In this document: positions 1 to 7,113 of the stretch, piece by piece
Layout: each line of letters opens with the position of its first letter
Position numbering within the stretch: the first letter of the stretch is position 1
Source: Patescibacteria group bacterium
GTDB lineage: Bacteria > Patescibacteriota > Minisyncoccia > Phycocordibacterales > Phycocordibacteraceae
Direction: 5' to 3'
Length of the DNA stretch: 62,068 nt
Assembly: GCA_029260935.1 (NCBI GenBank)
Contig: JAJDCJ010000015.1
Coordinates: 1 to 62,068, forward strand
Program-made: the position numbers and the translations under genes
The notes under the pieces: generated by a model
What the model was told of the DNA's origin: nothing
The model's input: the letters and a program-made list of their open reading frames with translations, nothing else
Databases searched by the model: none

Positions 1-117
1 CGCTCAGCCCGCTCGAGTACTCGCGGGTCCTCGCCCACCTGCCTGCCTCTTTTCTTTATTTTTTAACATCATCCCCCCGAAAACCGTTCTCTGAAGTGGA
101 AGCAGGCAGAGTGGGGC
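1..117 (+). repeat. Putative P' arm extension; exact inverted copy of 3075-3191
   Basis: cgctcagccc...gtggggc equals the reverse complement of 3075-3191. Confidence 0.95.
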
Positions 118-199
118 TCGGAAAAACAACGCCTCATATACCAGGCAATTGAGGTGTTTGGTGCCTAGAGTGCATGAACTCCACCGCTCGGCCATTCGG

Positions 200-498
200 C
201 CTCGGGCATTTCCGCTAGGGCTACTCGCACCTAGTTTTCTAGGAGCACCGCTACTCCTCGCCAGTGTCGCCTGCGGGCTCCCTGTCTTCGGGCGGCACAC
301 TTTTTTGGGGGAAGGACGGCATCCTTCCCCCAGCGCCTCCTCGGCTCGGCAGGGCTCGCCCAACCGTCGGCGCCAACCCCCAACCTCGTTTTCATATCCA
401 TTCGCTCGTAATGTCGCTTCCGCTTCTAAAATCAGTATTTCAAAACAACAACGGCGCTCATCCATGCACACTGGCCGCCCTAGCGGAAATGCCCGAGG
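200..498. repeat. 22-bp perfect inverted repeat (200-221 / 477-498) enclosing a GC-rich structured region
   Basis: cctcgggcatttccgctagggc / gccctagcggaaatgcccgagg; internal hairpin gggggaagga...tccttccccc near 307-331. Confidence 0.9.
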
Positions 499-540
499 AC
501 CGGAACTGCAAAACTACAGAAAACACCACTCACTGTTCAT

Positions 541-569
541 GTGCTTGCCCCACCCACCGTGCGCGCACT
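541..569 (+). repeat. About 29-bp direct repeat (motif X), second copy at 3363-3392
   Basis: gtgcttgccccacccaccgtgcgcgcact vs gtgcttgccccaccctcccgtgcgcgcact. Confidence 0.9.
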
Positions 570-613
570 ACTCCCACACCAATGAAAGTGGAAAAGTTGG
601 TGTGTGGCTCCCG

Positions 614-763
614 TTAGATTTTCTTTTTCAACTTATCAAAATACACGTCGAGTGACAGTTCTGCCATTTTATATAAATCGCTTCTAAGTTCCTCAACTTG
701 TTCGTCTGTCATATCTAGAGAGTCTTTACCAAGATGTTGACGGCACTGTTGGATAGAGAGCAT
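614..763 (-). CDS. 49-aa helical protein MLSIQQCRQHLG..., candidate recombinase accessory or directionality factor
   Basis: Translated by hand (below the ORF-track cutoff); resembles small genes I recall beside CPR serine recombinases; function inferred. Confidence 0.65.
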   Translation of the reverse strand: MLSIQQCRQHLGKDSLDMTDEQVEELRSDLYKMAELSLDVYFDKLKKKI

Positions 764-791
764 AAATTAATGTTATCACTCGGTACCATAA

Positions 792-1028
792 CTAGACAGT
801 CGAGTCTGACTTGTCTTTCTTTAAAATTGACTTAAAGAAAATGTTTACCAAAAGATAGGGTAAGCCAAAGTAAAGAATAAGAGCAATAAAAAATTCGATT
901 GCCGCTCGTAAAAGATCACTACTAAAAGCATCAAAAACGGCGTATAAGAAAAGAAAAACACCAGTCCATTTGAAAGATTTCAAAAGCCACGCTAAGTATT
1001 CAAACTTTTTTCCTTCTTTATTTGCCAT
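792..1028 (-). CDS. Small two-TM membrane protein
   Basis: Two hydrophobic segments; start taken at MANKEG. Confidence 0.7.
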   Translation of the reverse strand: MANKEGKKFEYLAWLLKSFKWTGVFLFLYAVFDAFSSDLLRAAIEFFIALILYFGLPYLLVNIFFKSILKKDKSDSTV

Positions 1029-1054
1029 GTAAAAAGTATACACTAGCTTTACTT

Positions 1055-1330
1055 TTAGTTTCCAGGACTATTCCAAGAATCATGTGGAATACCAATACCA
1101 TCTGAACCAAAAAGAAATTCATTGAAAGGTCCTGCCCATTGCCAATTAAATAGCCCGCTTATAATCGTCCAGACCATAAGAGCTATAAATACAACCAAAA
1201 AAATCTTATCCCACTTGCTTGAGGTGGTCCACCACCTTTTTATACTCTTCTTTATGCTCCTGAATACAGTCGATTCATCTTCAGGCACACCAAGAGTTTT
1301 ATTTTTTGGAGGTATAAATAATGATTTCAT
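1055..1330 (-). CDS. Small single-TM membrane protein
   Basis: Hydrophobic segment IFLVVFIALMVWTIISGLF; start uncertain (1330 or 1357). Confidence 0.65.
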   Translation of the reverse strand: MKSLFIPPKNKTLGVPEDESTVFRSIKKSIKRWWTTSSKWDKIFLVVFIALMVWTIISGLFNWQWAGPFNEFLFGSDGIGIPHDSWNSPGN

Positions 1331-1331
1331 G

Positions 1332-1628
1332 TTATTTTTTGTATAAGTAAAAGCCAATAATTGCCGCTGCTACGACATCTAAAATTTGCCAAGTTTCTCG
1401 TGCGAAATAGAATGGGAATAGTGGATTGAAGAGTATTGCCGTAATTCCAAATATCCACGTCCAAGTGAATTTCTTACTCTCATAGCTTGTATACGCTATG
1501 TAAATAGCTACAGCAGTGACTACCCATCTTAATAGTTGAAAATAGAAATAGGTCCAATCTCCGAAAGCTCCTAAAAGAAAAACGATCGCAAGAATTAAAT
1601 ACCAATTTTGTTTAAGAAAGTTTTTCAT
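1332..1628 (-). CDS. DUF6804-like small membrane protein
   Basis: YFQLLRWVV, AILFNP and W..LD motifs. Confidence 0.7.
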   Translation of the reverse strand: MKNFLKQNWYLILAIVFLLGAFGDWTYFYFQLLRWVVTAVAIYIAYTSYESKKFTWTWIFGITAILFNPLFPFYFARETWQILDVVAAAIIGFYLYKK

Positions 1629-1843
1629 ATACCACTTCTATGTAAGCGTGCTTGATAATTCTCAAAATCGTTCTCACTGAATGGTTTTGATAGACTTGAC
1701 AATCCTTTTCCTTTCGAGTTCAAGTATCGATCAGAGCAGTCGCTCTTAATATTTGATGGTCTGACTTGAAACCAGTAAAAGGAAAATCCTAATATTATTA
1801 GTATTATAAAAATAATATATTTGTATTGTTTTAATTTCTCCAT
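1625..1843 (-). CDS. Small membrane-anchored protein
   Basis: N-terminal TM followed by FYWFQVRP..IKSDC. Confidence 0.7.
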   Translation of the reverse strand: MEKLKQYKYIIFIILIILGFSFYWFQVRPSNIKSDCSDRYLNSKGKGLSSLSKPFSENDFENYQARLHRSGI

Positions 1844-1892
1844 ATTTTCAGCATATCATTTATGGTTCCATTGAGTGTGGTATACATAAAGT

Positions 1893-2096
1893 ATGGGCTT
1901 TATTATCATAGGAGTAATTGGAATCGTTCTATCAGCAATATTGACGCAGCACTTTGTAAAAAAGAACGGACTACCCACTGAAATGACAGAACAACTTCCT
2001 GGAACAGGGGTTATTCCTAAGTGGGTGTCATTAATAAATCTAGCTGGTTGGGCTTTAATTGTTTGGGGTGTTATTAGTTTTTTTATTGGTAGTTAA
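1893..2096 (+). CDS. Small two-TM membrane protein
   Basis: Two TM segments; TGGTATAC -10-like box just upstream. Confidence 0.7.
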   Translation: MGFIIIGVIGIVLSAILTQHFVKKNGLPTEMTEQLPGTGVIPKWVSLINLAGWALIVWGVISFFIGS

Positions 2097-2190
2097 TCTA
2101 TTATATCAAAACCCCGTCTCAATTAAATAACGAACAATTCCAATATTTATAACGCACTAAAAGAACAGAAGAAGTATTTAGAAAAAATAG

Positions 2191-2262
2191 AAACCAAACT
2201 TATTTATTTTTGGTTCAGGAGATATTCTACGTCACGATTCTTGGCAAAGCCCATGAAACTAA
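2191..2262 (+). pseudogene. Orphan C-terminal fragment paralogous to the 1055-1330 gene
   Basis: NLFIFGSGDILRHDSWQSP vs NEFLFGSDGIGIPHDSWNSP; no start codon. Confidence 0.65.
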
Positions 2263-2294
2263 CAGTACACTTCTAATTCTTGTATACTTACTTC

Positions 2295-2495
2295 ATGACC
2301 CAATCAGAATATATTGCAGCTACGGTTTCTTATTTCCTCCCCTTTTTAATAGCCCCGATAATTGTCGGGGCTATATTCTCGTTAGTAGCTTGGTTACTCA
2401 CAAAAAAACGTTCAACTAAGAAATCTATCATTTGGTTTGTAGTAGGGTTTCTACTAGCAGCCTTTGTCATCTTTTATGGGTTAAGTCTAAAATAG
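2295..2495 (+). CDS. Small two-TM membrane protein
   Basis: Hydrophobic ORF; TATACT just upstream of the ATG. Confidence 0.7.
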   Translation: MTQSEYIAATVSYFLPFLIAPIIVGAIFSLVAWLLTKKRSTKKSIIWFVVGFLLAAFVIFYGLSLK

Positions 2496-2513
2496 AACTT
2501 CATATAATTTAAA

Positions 2514-2729
2514 CTAAAACGACCCTTTAATCCAACCAATAAAAGCAGCTAGTAGGAGTACAATAATTAAGAATAGCCCGCCCTTCCACGTATGCAGCCT
2601 TCTGTTTTCTTTGTATAGATAAATAAAATCACGTTTTTCGTTTTGAGATTGTACTGCATCTTCCCAACGATCCTCCGCGTCCAATTGTTCGCTTTCTTCC
2701 TGAATTGCTTTCCAGTCAATTTTACCCAT
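2514..2729 (-). CDS. Small protein with C-terminal TM
   Basis: Charged N-terminus, hydrophobic C-terminus. Confidence 0.65.
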   Translation of the reverse strand: MGKIDWKAIQEESEQLDAEDRWEDAVQSQNEKRDFIYLYKENRRLHTWKGGLFLIIVLLLAAFIGWIKGSF

Positions 2730-2832
2730 TAAGACTACTTATACCAGAACATCCAACTCCTGTATACTCAATCCAATATCTATACGGAAGGCTGAAAGTT
2801 CGGAAAGCCACACTTCGGGGTCACAAATTTTC

Positions 2833-2970
2833 TTAGGGCTTAGTTAAGCCGCTTGTATAAAAATACCCTACTAACACATTAAAAAAGCGCGTATCTTTTA
2901 CAAGCTTATTGAATCTATTTTTAAGATTTTTTCCTTTTTCGTTTGTTACAAATGTTAAATCAGTTGTCAT
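2833..2970 (-). pseudogene. Truncated N-terminus of a PLD-domain/SNF2 helicase (restriction-like defence protein)
   Basis: MTTDLTFVTNEKGKNLKNRFNKLVKDTRFFNVLVGYFYTSG, then an early stop; LVGYFYTSG motif recognised by eye. Confidence 0.6.
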
Positions 2971-3031
2971 ATTATTTCAAAAGCTTGTCTATTCAAATAA
3001 TCGCATAAAAACAGCTAAAAAGCACTATCAA

Positions 3032-3059
3032 AAACGGCTCAACTTGGGTTGAGCCGTTT
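3032..3059. terminator. Hairpin aaacggctcaac-ttgg-gttgagccgttt
   Basis: Perfect 12-bp stem. Confidence 0.5.
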
Positions 3060-3074
3060 AGGGAACAAAAACCC

Positions 3075-3350
3075 GCCCCACTCTGCCTGCTTCCACTTCA
3101 GAGAACGGTTTTCGGGGGGATGATGTTAAAAAATAAAGAAAAGAGGCAGGCAGGTGGGCGAGGACCCGCGAGTACTCGAGCGGGCTGAGCGCCGAGTCCG
3201 CGAGGCGCGATTAGCGCGGGTTCTGTTGGAAATAGGTTCGAGCTAGGGCGTAAAGACGAGCCCAAAGTAGGTTTGATTCAGAATTTCCAGAATTTTTTCT
3301 GATGGCGCGAAGCGCTTCATAGGGGGGATGAGCGGAACCAGAAACGGTTT
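3075..3350 (-). repeat. Complete inverted copy of the putative attP: P arm 3258-3350 (= 5577-5669) plus P' arm 3075-3257
   Basis: 93-bp exact inverted identity to the recombinase 3' end, joined to sequence whose distal 117 bp match 1-117. Confidence 0.85.
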
Positions 3351-3432
3351 AGAGAACTAGCAGTGCTTGCCCCACCCTCCCGTGCGCGCACTGAAAACTT
3401 TCGCCGAGTATTGGTGCTCGTCGAATGACTCC

Positions 3433-4155
3433 CTATTTTAATCCGTACTGAGTTTTTATTTTCTCCATTCTTTCTTTTTCATGTTCCTGAAGGGCTCTTA
3501 TAACACGATCCACCGCAAAGGCAGGTTCTTTGTCATAGTTTGAATACATGGTAGATGCAAAATCTAGTTTTAAAATAAATAAATCAATTGTGTCCTGAAT
3601 GATTTTTAATAATGTTCTAATTTGTAATCCAGTAATTTTCACCTCTCCTTTTTTTAAATCATCATGGGCCAAAAATTTATCTCTGTATATTTTTAGATTT
3701 TTGATTACTTTTTGATTATTTTTTAAACGACGTCGAATCTTTTTGAGATCTTCAAGCGTAAGTTCCTTATAGCCACTCATAAGTTCGGGAATAAAATCTC
3801 GTCCCTGTTGATATTTAAAGAATTCCTTTTCTGAAAAAGAACTTAAGTTTTCTTGAGCAAAGTCTAAAAGCAAACCTATAGTTAAAGATTGTTTTCGGTT
3901 ACCTTCATCAAAAAACTTAGCTATTTCTATAAAAAAATAAACTCTGGCGGCCTCTTGAATTGATGTAAAAAAGTAAAGATGTTGTCCATATGTTTTCACA
4001 TTGGCTTCTGCTTTTCTTTTCCCAACTACATTAGGCGCAGCTATTTTCCTTAGCTGTTCATATATCCTAAAAGCTGCAAGAGTATGCAGATAGCGGGTTT
4101 GCAAGCTCTTTGTCCAATCAAATACTTCCTTAAAATTGTGCTGATGAGAATGCAT
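3433..4155 (-). CDS. HEPN-domain (AbiU2-like) protein, putative RNase or defence toxin
   Basis: All-helical; R-x5-H motif YRDKFLAH. Confidence 0.65.
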   Translation of the reverse strand: MHSHQHNFKEVFDWTKSLQTRYLHTLAAFRIYEQLRKIAAPNVVGKRKAEANVKTYGQHLYFFTSIQEAARVYFFIEIAKFFDEGNRKQSLTIGLLLDFAQENLSSFSEKEFFKYQQGRDFIPELMSGYKELTLEDLKKIRRRLKNNQKVIKNLKIYRDKFLAHDDLKKGEVKITGLQIRTLLKIIQDTIDLFILKLDFASTMYSNYDKEPAFAVDRVIRALQEHEKERMEKIKTQYGLK

Positions 4156-4183
4156 GGAAGTGAACGTATCGTATAATACTATT

Positions 4184-5725
4184 ATGCGCTTTTTTCTTTA
4201 CGTCCGCAAAAGTACTGATAAGGAGGATATGCAAGTTTTGTCTATTGAAGCACAGCTTGTAGAACTGCGAGCATTGGCGAGAAAAGAGGGGATTGAGATT
4301 TCTCAAGAGTTTGTAGAAAAACAGTCCGCTAAACAACCGGGCCGTCCTATATTTAATGAAATGATGGCGCGAATACAAAAAGGCGAAGCACAGGGCATTG
4401 TGTGTTGGAAAATTGATCGCTTGGCACGTAACCCCGTCGACGGGGGACAAATACAGTGGCTTTTGCAAAGTGGCATTATTGCCCACATACAGACACATGA
4501 CCGTGCATACTACCCAACAGACAACGTGCTCATGATGTCTGTTGAGTTTGGTATGGCGAATCAGTTTATTCGAGACCTTTCTGTAAATACAGCACGCGGA
4601 CTCCGTGCCAAAGCACGACAAGGACACTTTCCCGGAACGGCACCAGTGGGATATATAAATAATCCGCGCACCAAGACAATTGCTGTTGATAGAAAGAAGT
4701 CGCCAATCATTCGTGAAGCGTTTGCACTCTACGCGCAAGGCAATTCGCGTTTTGAAGATATCGGACAGTTTCTGTTTTCAAATGGAATTAAAAGTTTATA
4801 TGGAAATCGTATACAGAAAGACCGAGTGAAATTTATCTTAAGCAATACGTTTTATTACGGCCCTTTCCAATACGGTGGGGAATGGTACGAAGGAAAACAT
4901 ACTCCAATCATTGATAGAGTCTTATTTGAAAAAGTACAAAAAGTCTTAGTAAGACGTGGACGTCGACAGTCGACAAAAAAAGAACCGCAAGCGTTGTGCG
5001 GATTACTGAAGTGTGGGGAGTGTGGCATGAGTATAACTGCCGAAGCAAAAACAAAAACACAGAAGAACGGAAACGTGCATCAGTATGTGTATTACCGATG
5101 TACTAAGAAAGGGAAGGTCTGTTCACAACCGTTTATACGAGAAGAAGAATTAACGGCTCAGTTGAAACGAGCCGTTTCTGACTTCGCCTTGCCGAAAGAG
5201 TGGGCAGAAGAAATGTTCACATTATCAGAGAAGGACGAACGGTCCTCAGGAATTTCCGCTAGGGCGTCCGTGTATGGCGCACGTGAGAAACTGGTAGAAG
5301 CTGATACAAAATTATCACGCCTTACTGACCTCTATGTTGACCAAGATATTGAGCGCGACGCTTATCTATCGAAGCGTCGCGCTTTAGTGGATGAAAAGAG
5401 GAAACTAAATGAGCAGATTGCTCGTTTAGAGGCCGATGCACATAGTTGGCTCGAACCTCTTCGTGAGTGGATACAGGAGGCTTCAATCCTAGAGGGAATA
5501 GCAAAAAGCACTACCGTAGAGACACAAAAGGTCACCGTGCAAAATATCTTCGGCTCGAACCTGTTTTTAAAGAACAAAACCGTTTCTGGTTCCGCTCATC
5601 CCCCCTATGAAGCGCTTCGCGCCATCAGAAAAAATTCTGGAAATTCTGAATCAAACCTACTTTGGGCTCCGCGGGTAGGACTCGAACCTACAACCAACTC
5701 CTTACACGTTATCCCTTATTACTAA
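4184..5725 (+). CDS. Large serine recombinase (resolvase, recombinase, Zn-ribbon and coiled-coil domains)
   Basis: YVRKST catalytic Ser, DRLARN, CGECG...CTK...CSQ; TATAAT 4172-4177 before ATG 4184; last codons are tRNA antisense. Confidence 0.95.
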   Translation: MRFFLYVRKSTDKEDMQVLSIEAQLVELRALARKEGIEISQEFVEKQSAKQPGRPIFNEMMARIQKGEAQGIVCWKIDRLARNPVDGGQIQWLLQSGIIAHIQTHDRAYYPTDNVLMMSVEFGMANQFIRDLSVNTARGLRAKARQGHFPGTAPVGYINNPRTKTIAVDRKKSPIIREAFALYAQGNSRFEDIGQFLFSNGIKSLYGNRIQKDRVKFILSNTFYYGPFQYGGEWYEGKHTPIIDRVLFEKVQKVLVRRGRRQSTKKEPQALCGLLKCGECGMSITAEAKTKTQKNGNVHQYVYYRCTKKGKVCSQPFIREEELTAQLKRAVSDFALPKEWAEEMFTLSEKDERSSGISARASVYGAREKLVEADTKLSRLTDLYVDQDIERDAYLSKRRALVDEKRKLNEQIARLEADAHSWLEPLREWIQEASILEGIAKSTTVETQKVTVQNIFGSNLFLKNKTVSGSAHPPYEALRAIRKNSGNSESNLLWAPRVGLEPTTNSLHVIPYY

Positions 5726-5961
5726 GAGCGTGGACTATATCATCATCCGGTCTGGATGCGAGGCGCTTCCCCCATAAAAATGGAGTACTCCCTTTCGGGA
5801 TAGTCTCTGAACCTTTCCCGACATTTTGTTAGGACTTGGCTGCTGATTACCCTCGGCATGACCCGTTCGGGTTTCCAGCAATTCACCTCGTTTTTCAATC
5901 TGAATTCCTTCAGAAAGCTGCCTTTTGACAGGGAGCTGCTCTACCATTGAGCTACCGCGGA
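5667..5961 (-). tRNA. tRNA-Asn(GTT) split by a group I intron (exons 5961-5928 and 5704-5667)
   Basis: TCCGCGG/CCGCGGA acceptor stem, GCTC/GAGC D-stem, spliced loop CTGT|TAA, GGTTCGAGTCC T-arm. Confidence 0.93.
5705..5927 (-). ncRNA. Group I self-splicing intron, 223 nt, IC-like, no ORF
   Basis: P AAUUGCUGGAA, Q AAUCAGCAG, R GUUCAGAGACUA, S GAUAUAGUCC; P1 with U.G at the 5' splice site; GUAA tetraloop P9; terminal G. Confidence 0.93.
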
Positions 5962-6171
5962 ATATATTGTTCTGAAAGAACATCTTCGCGGTGCTCAAGA
6001 ATTGAGCTACTACCGGAGTGACTGAGGATCACAGGAAAGCAGTTCTTTCATATGATCGAAGTCACGAACGGGAGCAAGGATGGTTTTTCTTAAAACCAGA
6101 CTTACCGCGGAATGTATTCTGGATAGAGAATTATTCCTTCCGCGAGAGCTCAAGTTTGTGCACCGCGGAAT
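5946..6171. repeat. Stacked direct and inverted copies of the tRNA-Asn 5' end
   Basis: accgcggaat at 5954, 6104 and 6162; degenerate copy 6001-6019; inverted copies near 5985-5999 and 6138-6154. Confidence 0.8.
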
Positions 6172-6177
6172 GTGTCT

Positions 6178-6206
6178 ATTCTACTTAAAAAAACCACCCC
6201 TGCCAA
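6178..6206 (-). promoter_or_regulatory. Sigma70-type promoter for tRNA-Asn
   Basis: TTGGCA-17-TAGAAT on the minus strand. Confidence 0.6.
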
Positions 6207-6328
6207 GTGTCCAAGTGATGATATAATGGAGTATAAGGAAGTGCGCGTATGGATTCGTGGCGCAGATCATATCTATGTGTTCCTGTAGTTCCTGTTATAC
6301 ATGACCACTTCAATACAAATGTTTTAGT

Positions 6329-6823
6329 ATGAGTACCTCTGTCTTTACCCTCGCCAGCGATGTCTTTAATGACGGGGGCACTATTCCCACTGAATATACC
6401 TGTGACGGGGAGGGAATACACCCGCCTTTGAGTATCTCGGGAGTACCGACTGGCACAAAAAGCATGGTGTTATTAGTGGATGATCCGGACATACCAAAAG
6501 ACCTTAAAAAGAAGCGTGGTATTGAATGTTTTGATCACTGGGTGGTGTACAACATTCCAAAAGATACAACTGAAATTGAAGAAGGGGAGTCAGTCGGGAA
6601 AGAAGGTTTGAACTCAGGCGGTACGCGTGGGTACGTTGGTCCATGTCCACCGCCTGAATATGAACCAACAGCACACCGGTATTTCTTTCGGCTCTATGCT
6701 CTCTCCAAACAAATGCGTTTTGCAAAACCGCCAACACGCACGGAAGTGCTCACTGCTTTGGAATCGTGTGTTTTAGCAGAGACCCAACTTATGGGTATCT
6801 ATGACCGCAGTGGTCATAGATAA
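6329..6823 (+). CDS. YbhB/YbcL (PEBP, Raf kinase inhibitor-like) protein
   Basis: DDPD, FDHWVVYNI, GYVGPCPP, HRYFFRLYAL. Confidence 0.9.
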   Translation: MSTSVFTLASDVFNDGGTIPTEYTCDGEGIHPPLSISGVPTGTKSMVLLVDDPDIPKDLKKKRGIECFDHWVVYNIPKDTTEIEEGESVGKEGLNSGGTRGYVGPCPPPEYEPTAHRYFFRLYALSKQMRFAKPPTRTEVLTALESCVLAETQLMGIYDRSGHR

Positions 6824-6871
6824 TTTTTAGTAGCTAAAATCATACGCATCTGCGTGATACAATATAATCGT

Positions 6872-7108
6872 ATGTTTACATTATACGTTGAGACCGGCTG
6901 CCCTTATTGCGCCAAAGTATTACAAACCATTGATGAGTTGGGAATCTCAGTTGAGCAGAAAAATATTGCTGACTCTGGTGTTTCAGAAGAGCTTATTGCC
7001 CGAGGAGGGAAGCGTATGGTTCCTTATTTAGTAGATTCTGATCGCGATACTGAAATGTATGAGTCAGATGATATTGTCGCCTACCTCAAAGAGCACCACA
7101 GCGCGTAA
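6872..7108 (+). CDS. Glutaredoxin-family protein
   Basis: CPYC, VPYL, MYESDDIVAYL. Confidence 0.9.
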   Translation: MFTLYVETGCPYCAKVLQTIDELGISVEQKNIADSGVSEELIARGGKRMVPYLVDSDRDTEMYESDDIVAYLKEHHSA

Positions 7109-7113
7109 CTACT

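Larger units (their letters stand above)
1..5669. mobile_element. tRNA-Asn-anchored genomic island with a large serine recombinase (left end probably just outside the window)
   Basis: Recombinase 3' end runs into the tRNA 3' end; AT-rich cargo of small genes and fragments; att-arm repeats at 1-117, 3075-3350 and 5577-5669. Confidence 0.8.

Noticed and set aside
4..655. ORFs 4-471, 149-655 and 264-617
   Set aside because: Overlapping frames over GC-rich repeat and hairpin DNA with no recognisable motifs; likely spurious.
2254..2256. TGA aligned to GGA (Gly) in the paralogous fragment, suggesting UGA=Gly recoding
   Set aside because: A single substitution in a pseudogene; TGA terminates core genes here (murA, greA, rmuC) and long ORFs are intact in code 11.
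5735..5998. 87-aa ORF as an intron-encoded endonuclease
   Set aside because: It is a translation of tRNA and ribozyme core; no LAGLIDADG, HNH or GIY-YIG motif.
5946..6171. CRISPR-like array from accgcggaat repeats
   Set aside because: Repeats are short, irregularly spaced and tRNA-derived; no cas genes.
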